From Nitrospirota bacterium (GTDB lineage Bacteria; Nitrospirota; JACRHJ01), in NCBI GenBank assembly GCA_963733375.1, contig CAVTDB010000026.1, positions 352,001 through 416,000 on the forward strand: a DNA stretch of 64,000 nt, read 5' to 3'. Made by a program: the position numbers and the translations under genes. The notes beneath the pieces were generated by a model. That model was not told where the DNA came from. It searched no databases and saw only the letters and a list, made by a program, of their open reading frames with translations. Position 1 is the first letter of the stretch. Every line of letters begins with the position of its first letter. Shown here one piece after another: positions 11,954 through 22,071 of the stretch.

Positions 11954-12020
11954 CGTCATTCCTGCGAAGGCGGGAATCCAGGAATTTGTACGTTGTCATT
12001 CTGAGAGCGCCCGATAGGGA
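11954..12020. repeat. CGTC-type REP-like palindrome followed by a second, apparently truncated element
   Basis: CGTC-ATTCCTGC-GAAG-GCGGGAAT-CCAG (11954-11981; 8-bp stem with one G-T pair), then TGTCATTCTGAGAGCGCCCGATAGGG running into the MTase start. Confidence 0.7.
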
Positions 12021-12021
12021 A

Positions 12022-12933
12022 ATGATGGACATTAAAATTGCATACAAAACAGAATATGGGGCGATGGTGCAAGGTAAAGCCGAAGACATATTAAATTCCG
12101 AAGCTGCTAAAAAATATCATAAGAAAGTTCAATTGATTTTTACGTCCCCCCCCTTTCCTTTAAATAGAAAAAAGAAATATGGTAATGAACAGGGTGAAGA
12201 ATATATAAAATGGTTTGCGAACTTTGCTCAAATTTTTAAAAAATTTTTAAAGGATGATGGATCTGTCGTTATTGAGATGGGCAATGCATGGGAGCCTGGT
12301 AAACCAGAAATGTCTACATTAGCCTTGAGAGCTCTTCTTGAATTCCTTGATAAGGGCAAATTTCACCTTTGCCAGCAATTCATTTGCCATAATCCAGCCC
12401 GTTTGCCGTCGCCCGCACAATGGGTGAATGTCGATAGAATTAGAGTAAAAGATTCTTTTACTCATATTTGGTGGATGTCACCTTCTGTACGACCACATGC
12501 TGATAATAGAAAAATTCTCAAAGAATATAGCCCCTCGATGTTAAAGCTACTGTCGTCACAAAAATATAATTCCGGTGCCCGACCATCTGAACATCATATT
12601 GGCAAGACATCTTTTCTTACAAATAATAATGGGGCAATTCCATCGAATGTTCTTACATTTTCAAACACGGTAGCCAGTGATTCCTATCAAAGGTATTGTC
12701 GTGAAAAAGGACTTCAATCACATCCGGCGCGTATGCCCGCCGGTCTGCCTGATTTTTTTATTAAATTTTTAACAAATCAAAAAAATCTAGTGATAGATCC
12801 ATTTGGAGGAAGTAACACAACTGGCGCTATAGCGGAAAGATTAAAAAGAAGATGGATTTCTATAGAACCGCAAGAAGAATATATTTTAGGGTTTAAAGGG
12901 CGCTTTAATTCATCCATAATTGAGGAATCCTAA
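12022..12933 (+). CDS. site-specific DNA methyltransferase, beta class, M.PvuII-like (probably N4-cytosine)
   Basis: Catalytic FTSPPF precedes the SAM-binding DPFGGSNTTG motif. NPARLPSP, WVN..RIRVKD, RPSEH, NGAIPSN and HPARMP segments resemble M.PvuII as I recall it. AT-rich. Confidence 0.92.
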   Translation: MMDIKIAYKTEYGAMVQGKAEDILNSEAAKKYHKKVQLIFTSPPFPLNRKKKYGNEQGEEYIKWFANFAQIFKKFLKDDGSVVIEMGNAWEPGKPEMSTLALRALLEFLDKGKFHLCQQFICHNPARLPSPAQWVNVDRIRVKDSFTHIWWMSPSVRPHADNRKILKEYSPSMLKLLSSQKYNSGARPSEHHIGKTSFLTNNNGAIPSNVLTFSNTVASDSYQRYCREKGLQSHPARMPAGLPDFFIKFLTNQKNLVIDPFGGSNTTGAIAERLKRRWISIEPQEEYILGFKGRFNSSIIEES

Positions 12934-15207
12934 ATGACTTTAACTGAGTTTTATCAGGCGTTGCAAGATGCCTACAGTGTTGAGCAAGTGGAGGAAGCCA
13001 TTAAATCATTTGAAATGGCTCATATGGAGGCTGTGCAATGGGTGCCAGTGGGAAATCGGGAAAATAACAGAGGAACTATAGATGTTTCAGCGGATCCGGG
13101 GAGGTCATTAGTTGAGCGGTTAACAAACGGAATCGATGCCGTTCTAGAATCTGAATTTGAAAAACATAACGGCATTCCAGATTCTAGAAGCCCTAAAGAG
13201 GCGGCGTTTAATTGGTTAAATATTCCTCTTAATGGATTACACGAATTAACAACTCAACAACGACGGATTTTATCCCAAAATGTAATGATACGTATGTTGC
13301 CAGGGGAGGGAAAAGACAGTAGATTAATTGAGGTATTAGACCGTGGCGTAGGTTTAAAACCTGAGCAAATGTCGGAGACTATTTTAAGCCTGAATGCTAA
13401 TAATAAAATTCAAAAATATTATTTAGCCGGTACTTATGGTCAAGGTGGATCAAGCACTTTTTCCGTATCAAAATATACTTTAATAGCGAGTCATTATAAT
13501 AATTATCCAGCCGTGGGCTTTACGCTAGTTCGTTATCTGGATTTGCCTCCGGAACAATATAAAACTGGGCATTACGTTTATTTAACTTTAAATAATTCAA
13601 TCTTACAGATAGAATTTCCTTCGGGACAAGTACCAACTGGAACTCTAGTAAAACATTTTGGATTTGATCTAACAAAATACCCATCTCCTATTGGTCCGAA
13701 CAGTGTCTACGGTTTGTTGAACCAAGTCCTATTTGATCCAATCATTCCGATATGGTTCGATAACCAGGTTCATAATTGGCGTCGAGTTATAAAAGGATCA
13801 AGGAATGCTTTGAATGGTGCTATCGACGAAGGTGATGAAAATAAAAAAGGACCCACGCTAGATCACAATGTTCCATTGTTTTATATTTCATTAGGAGATT
13901 ATGGCAGAATAGGAATCGAATATTGGGTATTAGAAAAACCGAATCAAAATAATAAAAGGCCATCCGCCGCTTTTGTAAATCCAAATAAACCTATAATTCT
14001 AACCCTTTATGGTCAGAATCATGCGGAGTTACCATTAAGTATAATAAAAAAAGATGCAGAATTACCTTACCTATCGCAAAGATTAATATGCCATATAGAC
14101 TGTAATTCTCTTTCTCCACAAGCGAAAAGGCTATTATTCAGTTCAACACGTGAAGATGCAAGACGTGGAGCGGTCTATGAAATGATAGAACAGGAACTGC
14201 TAAAAGCATTAAAATCGGACGATGAATTAACGCGGCTGAATAAGGAAGCTAGAGAAAAAGATGTAGTCGAAAAAGATGCAACTGCTCTTCAGCAAATGCG
14301 TAAGGAAGTTTCGCGTCTTTTACATTTATATGGGGTAAGCGTTTCAGAGACGACAGGTAGAGAAATTAAAGGTGAGGGACCGGAAGCGGGAAAACCAAAA
14401 AAACCACGACAGCCTAAGCCCCCTTTGGAACCAATAGAAATTAATGAACCTCCGACTTATATAAAAATAAAATGGGCGGGTGATACTATAGAATTTTATC
14501 CCGGACAACGAAGATATATCCGGATAGAAACGGATGCGAATAGCAATTATCATAATCCTAACAATCCATCTGAGTCCCGGCTAAATATTATAGTTAGCGA
14601 TGCATCGATAAAATTATGTGGTTCCACATTTCTTCAAAGCGGACGGATGAGAATGATTTTCGAAGCCAATCAGGCCGCCACAATAGGGAGCAATGGAGTA
14701 ATCAGAGTAGAATTAATGCGTCAAGGATTGCCAATATTATCCGACGAAAAAGAGTTTGAAATAGTAGTAATGCCACAAGTTACAGCAAGTAATCAACAAT
14801 CTACCGTGCCTCAATTTGAGATTCATCCTGTGAGTCCGGAAGATGATTTATGGATGACGCTTGATTGGCCGGACAATACTGATTTGGTTGCTTCGTCGGC
14901 TTTAATGGACAATGGCAGATTAAACATATATTATTCTACTGTGTTTCCAACGTATAAAAATCAATTATCTACTTTTGAAAGGCGTGACCCAACAATTGCC
15001 AATTCTTTCACAAATAGATATGAAATATGGTTAGCAGTGCATTCATTACTTTATTTTCAAGATCAGGAATCTTCTGAGCAGAAAGATTCAGACGGAGCCA
15101 TAGAAATAGCTGAAATTAAAGAACGTCAAGAACGTTGCAGAATAGCAAGGATGGCTGTCCTTTTTGCCTCTAGAGAAATTCAGCTTCCTGCAATGGTAGA
15201 CGATTAA
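12934..15207 (+). CDS. large GHKL (HATPase_c/MORC-like) ATPase domain protein with uncharacterised C-terminal half
   Basis: ERLTNGIDA (ExxxNxxDA), DRGVG (DxGxG), GTYGQGG (GxxGxG) and TGTLV motifs in the correct order; ATG directly follows the MTase TAA. Confidence 0.8.
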   Translation: MTLTEFYQALQDAYSVEQVEEAIKSFEMAHMEAVQWVPVGNRENNRGTIDVSADPGRSLVERLTNGIDAVLESEFEKHNGIPDSRSPKEAAFNWLNIPLNGLHELTTQQRRILSQNVMIRMLPGEGKDSRLIEVLDRGVGLKPEQMSETILSLNANNKIQKYYLAGTYGQGGSSTFSVSKYTLIASHYNNYPAVGFTLVRYLDLPPEQYKTGHYVYLTLNNSILQIEFPSGQVPTGTLVKHFGFDLTKYPSPIGPNSVYGLLNQVLFDPIIPIWFDNQVHNWRRVIKGSRNALNGAIDEGDENKKGPTLDHNVPLFYISLGDYGRIGIEYWVLEKPNQNNKRPSAAFVNPNKPIILTLYGQNHAELPLSIIKKDAELPYLSQRLICHIDCNSLSPQAKRLLFSSTREDARRGAVYEMIEQELLKALKSDDELTRLNKEAREKDVVEKDATALQQMRKEVSRLLHLYGVSVSETTGREIKGEGPEAGKPKKPRQPKPPLEPIEINEPPTYIKIKWAGDTIEFYPGQRRYIRIETDANSNYHNPNNPSESRLNIIVSDASIKLCGSTFLQSGRMRMIFEANQAATIGSNGVIRVELMRQGLPILSDEKEFEIVVMPQVTASNQQSTVPQFEIHPVSPEDDLWMTLDWPDNTDLVASSALMDNGRLNIYYSTVFPTYKNQLSTFERRDPTIANSFTNRYEIWLAVHSLLYFQDQESSEQKDSDGAIEIAEIKERQERCRIARMAVLFASREIQLPAMVDD

Positions 15208-15209
15208 TT

Positions 15210-15779
15210 ATGACTTCACGCGCGGTATTCCTTGACCGGGACGGGACGATAAACGAGGAGATCGGATACCTGTCCGACCCTGAGCAGGTCGCGCTGATAC
15301 CGGGCGCGGCGGAGGCGCTCGTCCGGCTGAAAAGTGCCGGGTTTATGCTGGTAGTCGTCAGCAACCAGTCCGGGGTGGCGAGGGGGCTTTTTACGGAGGA
15401 TGAGCTGCATAAGGTCAACCTGAAGCTCTCAAACCTTCTGGAGCAAAAAGGGGCTTCGGTCGACGCGTATTATTTCTGTCCGCACCACCCGCGCCACGGC
15501 GAGATGCTTGAGTGCGAATGCAGGAAGCCGAAAACCGGGATGGCCGTAAGCGCCTCGGAGAAGTTCGGCATAGACCTCTCGCGCTCGTACTTCGTGGGGG
15601 ACAAGGCCACGGACATAGAGCTTGGCGTAAACGCCGGGGGGAAGACGGTGCTCGTCCTGACGGGCTTCGGCAACGGAGAAAAGGCCCTGCTTAAAGAGAA
15701 GGGGATAGAGCCGGACATGGTCTCGGCGAACCTCCCGGAGGCGGCTGATTGGATAATCGGCGACTCAAAAAAGTCCTGA
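15210..15779 (+). CDS. gmhB: D-glycero-beta-D-manno-heptose 1,7-bisphosphate phosphatase
   Basis: FLDRDGTIN, SNQSGVARG, CPHHP, CECRKP, VGDK motifs. Confidence 0.93.
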   Translation: MTSRAVFLDRDGTINEEIGYLSDPEQVALIPGAAEALVRLKSAGFMLVVVSNQSGVARGLFTEDELHKVNLKLSNLLEQKGASVDAYYFCPHHPRHGEMLECECRKPKTGMAVSASEKFGIDLSRSYFVGDKATDIELGVNAGGKTVLVLTGFGNGEKALLKEKGIEPDMVSANLPEAADWIIGDSKKS

Positions 15780-16807
15780 TAATAAAGCCGAGTTCGCTGG
15801 GGGATATAATCCATGCCCTGCCGGTCGCGGCGGCGCTGAAAAAGGCGGTACCCGGGGTCCGGGTGGACTGGGCGGTCTTTAAGGCGTATGAGCCGGTACT
15901 CAGCGGCCATCCCGCGATAACAAACGTTATCGCCTTCGACAGGTCGAAGAGCGGGTGCGGCGAACTGTCGAGGTTTATAAAGGCGCTGAGGGCCGAGGAG
16001 TACGACGCGGCGATAGACCTCCAGGGGCTTCTCCGGAGCGGGATTATAATTTTTGCGTGCAGGGCCGGGGAGAAAATCGGCCTCCGGAACGCGCGGGAGG
16101 GCGCTCATTTTTTTTATAATAAAAAAATCCCCGTGCCGGACCCTGAAATGCACGCCGTGGACCGCTACCTTCTCACTTTAGGGGCTTTCGGCATTCCGGC
16201 GCCCGAGACGCCGGAATTCAATATCCCGGCCGGCCGGGAAGACTTAATCGAGGCGGGCCGCGTTTTAAAAGACGCGGGCATAAACGAAGGCGAGGAATTC
16301 ATAGCTATCGCGCCCTCGGCGAGATGGATTACCAAGCGGTGGCCCGCGGAAAATTTCGTCCGCCTCGCCCTGGCGCTTAAGGAAAGAAAGGGGCTGAAAT
16401 ACATCTTTATCGGGAGCGCGGATGAAGCGGGCGTGATGTCCGCATTTGAAGACCGTGCGGGCCGTGAGAGCCTCGCTTTCGGAAAGACGTCTCTGAAAGG
16501 CCTTGCGGCGTTACTCGGCAAAGCAAGGCTTATGATAACCAACGACTCCGGTCCAATGCACATTGCGGCGGCAGTCGGTACGGACGTGCTGGCGATATTC
16601 GGCCCGACAATTCCGGAACGCACAGGCCCTTATGGAAGCGGCCACAGGGTAATCACCTCCGGCGCGCCCTGCGCTCCGTGTTTAAGGAAGGAATGCACGG
16701 ACACAAAACGCGATATGCGGTGCATGAAGGAGATTACGGTCGAAGACGTCCTCCATACGGCGGAGGAGATGCTGGAGGGAAAAGATGATAAGCAAGGAAC
16801 TGCTTGA
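15749..16807 (+). CDS. waaC: GT9 heptosyltransferase (WaaC-like)
   Basis: IIKPSSLGDIIHALP, IDLQGLLRS, TNDSGPMH motifs. Confidence 0.75.
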   Translation: MDNRRLKKVLIIKPSSLGDIIHALPVAAALKKAVPGVRVDWAVFKAYEPVLSGHPAITNVIAFDRSKSGCGELSRFIKALRAEEYDAAIDLQGLLRSGIIIFACRAGEKIGLRNAREGAHFFYNKKIPVPDPEMHAVDRYLLTLGAFGIPAPETPEFNIPAGREDLIEAGRVLKDAGINEGEEFIAIAPSARWITKRWPAENFVRLALALKERKGLKYIFIGSADEAGVMSAFEDRAGRESLAFGKTSLKGLAALLGKARLMITNDSGPMHIAAAVGTDVLAIFGPTIPERTGPYGSGHRVITSGAPCAPCLRKECTDTKRDMRCMKEITVEDVLHTAEEMLEGKDDKQGTA

Positions 16808-16952
16808 AATCCTGGCATGCCCGAAGTGCAAGGGAGATATCCGGCTGACCGAAAACGGCGACGGCCTTGTCTGCGATGCGTGCAAGCTGAAATACCCGGT
16901 AAAAGACGGCATACCCGTGATGCTAATCGACGAGGCGGAGAAGCTTTCATAA
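16785..16952 (+). CDS. Trm112/YcaR family protein (55 aa, missing from the ORF track)
   Basis: MISKELLEILACPKCKGDIRL...LVCDACKLKYPVKDGIPVMLIDEA. Confidence 0.92.
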   Translation: MISKELLEILACPKCKGDIRLTENGDGLVCDACKLKYPVKDGIPVMLIDEAEKLS

Positions 16953-17709
16953 ATGACCGCCCTGTCAGTCGTCGTCATCACGCTGAACGAAGAAAAAAAT
17001 ATCAGGGAGGCGCTTGACAGCGCGTCTTTCGCGGACGAGGTGGTGGTGCTGGACTCCTTCAGCACGGATGGGACGCCGGAAATTTGCAGGGGGTTCACGG
17101 ATAAGGTCTTTCAGGAAGAGTGGCGCGGTTTCTCCGGCCAGAAACAGCGGGCGGTAGATCTGGCCGGAAACGATTGGGTATTCATCCTGGACGCGGACGA
17201 GCGGATAACGCCCGGTCTTGCCGAGAGAGATAAAGAGGCTTATGGAGGCCGGGCCGGATAAGCCCGGATATTACTGCCCGCGCAGGAACCACTTCATGGG
17301 CAGGGAGATAAGACACGGCGGCTGGTATCCGGACTACTCCGTCCGCCTTTTCGACAGGAGGCGGGGACGGTTTAAAGAGCGGGCCGTGCATGAAGCCGTG
17401 AAGCTGGACGGGGAGGCAGGGTATTTAAAAAACCCCATGCTCCATTTCACCTACGACAGCGTTTCGGATTACCTCCGGAGGATGGATAAATACTCGACCC
17501 TCGCTGCACAGGAGTTGAGGAAGGGCGGCCGGAAGGCAAGTATTGCCGATATGATTTTCAGGCCGCAAGGAACTTTTTTGAAGATGTTCTTCCTGAAGAG
17601 GGGCTTCCTGGACGGGATATACGGGTTTCTGCTTGCGGGGCTGTACTCTTTTTACGTTTTTTCAAAATACGCGAAGCTCCTTGAAATGCAGCTGAAAGAT
17701 AAGAAGTAG
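16953..17709 (+). CDS. GT2 LPS core beta-1,4-glucosyltransferase-like protein (frameshift near 17225)
   Basis: ITLNEE, DSFSTDGT, LDADE, GGWYPD, VHE, GFLDG, KYAKL motifs. Confidence 0.85.
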
Positions 17710-17712
17710 CCG

Positions 17713-18776
17713 ATGGGCAAGGTCAAGCTGGAAAAGGCAAAGAGGGTCCTGGTCATAAAGCTCAGGCATATCGGAGACGTCCTGATGATGACCCCGATGC
17801 TTCGCGCACTGAAAGACGCCATGCCGGAGGCTGAAATAACCGCCGTGGTCCCTGACGGGATGGAGGACCTGCTGGCATCCAACCCCTGCGTCAATGAAGT
17901 CCTCACGTTCACCAAGGGGAGCGGGTTGATGAAGGATTTAAGTCTCCTGAAATCGCTCCGTGACAAAAAATTTGACATCGCGATTAACATGACCGAAGGC
18001 GACAGGGGCGCCGTAATGTGCCTGGCTTCCGGGGCGAAGATAAGGATTGGAGCGGACCCGAAAGGAAAAGGCTTTTGGGGCAAGGGCCGGCTTTTCACCA
18101 GCCTCGTCCCCCAGATATGGGACAGGCACCGGGCGCTGATGGACCTGGAGATGGTCGGACCGCTTGGAATCGAGCCGGCAAATCAGAAGCTGGAGCTTTA
18201 TACATCCAGAAATGACGACGAATATGTCCGGGGACTGCTCGCGGACCAGGGGATAAAGGATGACGAGCCGATAGCCACGGTGCATCCGACCTCCCGCTGG
18301 CTGTTCAAGTGCTGGAACGATAAATCAGTCGCCAAAGTTATCGATTACCTTCAGGCAAAGGGTCTAAGGGTGATAATGACCTCCGGTCCGGACAAAAAAG
18401 AGACGGAGAAGGCGACGCATATCGCATCACTTGCCAAGGCACTCCGCCCATAGACTTAACCGGCCTTTTGACCCTGGGGCAGCTCGCTTCGCTCCTTAAG
18501 ATGAGCAGGCTGTTCTTCGGAGTGGATTCCGCGCCGATGCACATGGCGGCGGCGGTCGGGACGCCGGTAGTCGCACTTTTCGGACCATCGGACTACAAGG
18601 TCTGGGCGCCGTTTACGGATAAGGCGCGCGTGGTGATGAAGAAGGATATGTTTCCCTGCCTGCCATGCCGGAAGGACGGCTGCGGCGGGAGCAAAAAAAG
18701 CGACTGCCTGGAAGCCATAACGGTGCAGGAGGTCGTCTGTGCGATAGAAGAACTGCTGGGGTCATGGGACAAGTGA
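17713..18776 (+). CDS. waaQ: GT9 heptosyltransferase III-like (frameshift near 18440)
   Basis: IKLRHIGDVL, HPTSRWLFKCW, GVDSAPMHMAAA, LFGPS motifs. Confidence 0.75.
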
Positions 18777-19889
18777 TAAACGTCTTAAGCCTTTTTGCAA
18801 CTATGCCGGTCGGAGGGGCGGAGATATTCTGGCTGAACGTCCTGCAGAAGATCGACCGCTCCCGGTTCAACCCGATCACCTGCTGCATTGCCGACAAGGG
18901 GATAATCGGGGAGAGAATAGAGGCGCTGGGTTTCGAAGTCATTGCGCTCGGCCGGATGAAGAAAAAGAGCTTTGACATGGGCGCTGTCAGAGAAATAAAA
19001 AAGATCATTTGCCGAACGTAAAATAAACATACTCCACATGCACCTCTATCATGCGGGACTGTACGGCAGGATCGCGGCCATGCTCTCGCCTCCCGCCGTC
19101 AGGCCAAAATGCGTGCTCCAGGTCCAGAACGTCTATTCGAAACTGAAGCCTCACCGGGTCCTGATGAACAGGTTCCTTGCTCATTCTACCGACGCCGTCA
19201 TCGCGGTATCCGAGCCGGTAAAAAAAGACGTCGTAAGCACGATAAATTCCAGCCGGAGAAAGTCGCGGTAATACCGAACTGTATCGATTACGAGAGGATG
19301 CAGACCGGCCTGACGATGGAAGAGGCCAGGGAGCGGCTTGGGCTTTCAAAAAAGGGGGTCCTGATCGGTACGGTCGGACGTTTAGTCGAGGCGAAAGGAC
19401 AGTCGTATCTGATCGAAGCCTTGTCAATCCTTAAAAAACAAGGGACCGAGGCCAAAGCCATGCTTATAGGCGGCGGCAGGCTTGAAGGGGCGTTGAAGGA
19501 ACACGCATCTTCGCTGGGAATAGCGGACGATATAATCTTCATGGGAGAGAGGCACGACATGCCTGTCCTTTACAGGGCCATGGACCTGTACGTTATGCCC
19601 TCCCTGTGGGAAGGGGCGCCCCTTTCCCTGCTGGACGCCATGGCGGCGGGCGTGCCCTCTGTCGTGACCTCCGTGGGCGGAATGCCTGAGCAGCTTAGAC
19701 GAAGGCTCCTGCGGGATGATAGTGCCTCCGGGCGACCCGGCGGCGCTTGCCGGGGCGATATCCGGCCTTATCGGGGATGACGCGCTTATGAAAGGGTACT
19801 CCTCCCGCGCCAAGGCGCGCGCCAGTGAATACTATGGGAGCGCGAGCGTCACTAAAAAAGTCGAAGAGATTTATCTAAGCCTCCGATGA
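18764..19889 (+). CDS. GT4 glycosyltransferase (multiple frameshifts)
   Basis: GGAE, VGRLVEAKG, PSLWEGAPLSLLDAMAAG, VGG motifs. Confidence 0.8.
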
Positions 19890-20893
19890 AAAAATTCGAT
19901 ATAGCTTTCGTAGTCCATAAGAAAGAGGACCCCAACAGCCGCCTCAGGATATATCCGGTCGCCCATGAAATGCGCAAAAGAGGCTGGCGCTGCGATGTCC
20001 GCGACGTGCCCAGGAGTTTAATGGGCAGGGTGCGCCTTTTCCTGCAACTCACGAGGACTGACGTCATCGTGTTGCACAAAAAGCTTTTCAACCCGCTCGA
20101 AGTGCGCCTGTTGAAGGCCCTCCGGAAGAGGATAATATTCGATTTTGACGATGCGATAATGTATACGGAGGCCAGGCGCAACCAGCCGATGACCGATAAA
20201 TTCACCGGCCGGTTCAGGAAGATAATGGAGATATCGGAAGCAGCCGTGGCCGGGAACGAGTACCTGGCAAACGAGGCGAAAAAGCACTGCCGGAGGGTAG
20301 AGATAATGACGACTCCGGTAGACGTAAAATTATATACTCCAGCCGCGCCGGAGAATAAAAAGAACGAAGTGGTGATAGGCTGGATAGGCCTGCCGGGAAA
20401 CCTTTTCTACCTCGATGCCCTGGCCCCGGTATTTCAAAACCTCGCCCGGAAATTTCCCGACATAGCCCTTTCAGTCGTATGCAGCGATTTCCCCGATATT
20501 GAAGGGGTCAAGATAAATAAAAGAGTCTGGAGCATAGAGAGCGAGCTGGAGTTCCTGCGCGAGATGGATATCGGGCTTATGCCGCTGACTGACGATATAT
20601 GGAGCAGGGGCAAGTGCGGGTTCAAGATACTCCAGTATTTCTCGGTGGGCGTGCCGGTGGTGGCATCCCCCGTGGGCATAAACAGCGACATCGTGGAACA
20701 CGGCGTGAACGGGTTCCTTGCCGGAACGAATGAGGAATGGGAGTCGAGCCTGGCTGAGCTGATTGCCGATGCCTCGCTTAGAAAAAAGATGGGGGCCGAA
20801 GGACGGAAGACGGTTGCGGAAAGATACTCCCGCGAAGGCTACCTGAAAAGATATGTATCCCTGATTGAAGAGGTCGTTACCGCCTCTTCCTGA
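19886..20893 (+). CDS. GT4 glycosyltransferase
   Basis: DFDDAI, IGWIG, DIGLMPL, GKCGFKILQY, SPVGIN motifs. Confidence 0.85.
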   Translation: MKKFDIAFVVHKKEDPNSRLRIYPVAHEMRKRGWRCDVRDVPRSLMGRVRLFLQLTRTDVIVLHKKLFNPLEVRLLKALRKRIIFDFDDAIMYTEARRNQPMTDKFTGRFRKIMEISEAAVAGNEYLANEAKKHCRRVEIMTTPVDVKLYTPAAPENKKNEVVIGWIGLPGNLFYLDALAPVFQNLARKFPDIALSVVCSDFPDIEGVKINKRVWSIESELEFLREMDIGLMPLTDDIWSRGKCGFKILQYFSVGVPVVASPVGINSDIVEHGVNGFLAGTNEEWESSLAELIADASLRKKMGAEGRKTVAERYSREGYLKRYVSLIEEVVTASS

Positions 20894-22064
20894 ATGAATC
20901 TCTCAGCGGATCGCGGACGTATTTCCGGAAAGACTGCTCGAATGCCTTGAGGTGAGTTTTAAGGCGCACCCGAAAGATCTTTGAAATATCCAGGAAACAG
21001 GAAATCAATCTAATATTTGCCGGCAGCTTTTTCGCCTTTCCGTCAATAGCGCCTGCCGCTTCGCTGAATATCTCGTAGAACCTGTCCGCCGTCGCCTCCT
21101 TATCATAATTTGCCCTGACGTACCGGTGCGCGTTCTTTTTTATGGATTCCCTGAGAATTTCATCGTCTATTAATTTCTTCATGGCCCGATACCACGCCTC
21201 GTCGGTGTTTTGCACAACCAGGCCCGTTTTGCCATCCGAAACGCAGTTCGAGTAGACATCCACATTTGAATAAATCCCCGCGATGTCGCACGCGCCGTAA
21301 TCCCTGAACTTCGTGTTTGTCTTTGACTGGTGGAACAGGTCGTCCTTCAAGGGGGCCAATCCTATATCGAAATTTTCCGCATACAGCCGCCTGATGTATG
21401 TAAGATAATCCATCTTTTGGGCATAGCTCACTCCGGGAATACCTTCTAGCTCAGCGGGCCTGAACCCCCACAGGTCCATCTCCACCCGTCCAGCGTATTC
21501 AGTTAATATCTTTATCAGGGCGGGCAGGAACAGTTTTGAGAGGATGTCGTTCCCGAAACGCGACGTGGCGTAGATTATGCGGATCTTATTTTTTTTATCG
21601 CGCCTTCTCTCGACGCCGCTGAAGGTGGAAAAATCTATGCCCCCCGGAAGCATCTTTATCACGTTCGGGTTAAGCTGGGAGGCTCGTTCTACCATCGGTT
21701 CCGAGTATACAAGGACAATGTCGGACTTCCGCATATAACGCGAATGGGCATCCAGCAGGAGGGCGTCCATCGGCCCTTTTTCGGAAGATGCCAACTCAAA
21801 AAAATTATCGTCCACGGAATAGATGACCAACTTTCCGGCAAGCTTCGAGAAGTGCAGCAGCTTCAATATGGCGGGAGATGAGTTCCTGAAGAAGAATATG
21901 ACGTCATGTCCGACGATGTCGGACATTAATGCATGTTCCTCCATTTTTACGCTGAAAGACAGCGTACCCCTGGACTTTAATATCTCGAACGGCTGCTGGA
22001 TATTAATAACGAATGGGGCGTCCACGGCCGGGACGATGCAGAGGACCTTTAACTTGTTCGTCAT
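20877..22064 (-). CDS. glycosyltransferase (GT-B fold)
   Basis: DDNFF, DIGLAPL, SKTNTKF.DY motifs; last gene of the antisense island. Confidence 0.8.
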   Translation of the reverse strand: MTNKLKVLCIVPAVDAPFVINIQQPFEILKSRGTLSFSVKMEEHALMSDIVGHDVIFFFRNSSPAILKLLHFSKLAGKLVIYSVDDNFFELASSEKGPMDALLLDAHSRYMRKSDIVLVYSEPMVERASQLNPNVIKMLPGGIDFSTFSGVERRRDKKNKIRIIYATSRFGNDILSKLFLPALIKILTEYAGRVEMDLWGFRPAELEGIPGVSYAQKMDYLTYIRRLYAENFDIGLAPLKDDLFHQSKTNTKFRDYGACDIAGIYSNVDVYSNCVSDGKTGLVVQNTDEAWYRAMKKLIDDEILRESIKKNAHRYVRANYDKEATADRFYEIFSEAAGAIDGKAKKLPANIRLISCFLDISKIFRVRLKTHLKAFEQSFRKYVRDPLRDSFRKRR

Positions 22065-22071
22065 ATAGCGC

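Noticed and set aside
12022-15207. Classical PvuII-type restriction-modification system recognising CAGCTG
   Set aside because: No small REase or C-protein gene is present and the partner is a GHKL ATPase. CAGCTG occurs freely (e.g. 17689, 29875), and specificity cannot be read from similarity alone.
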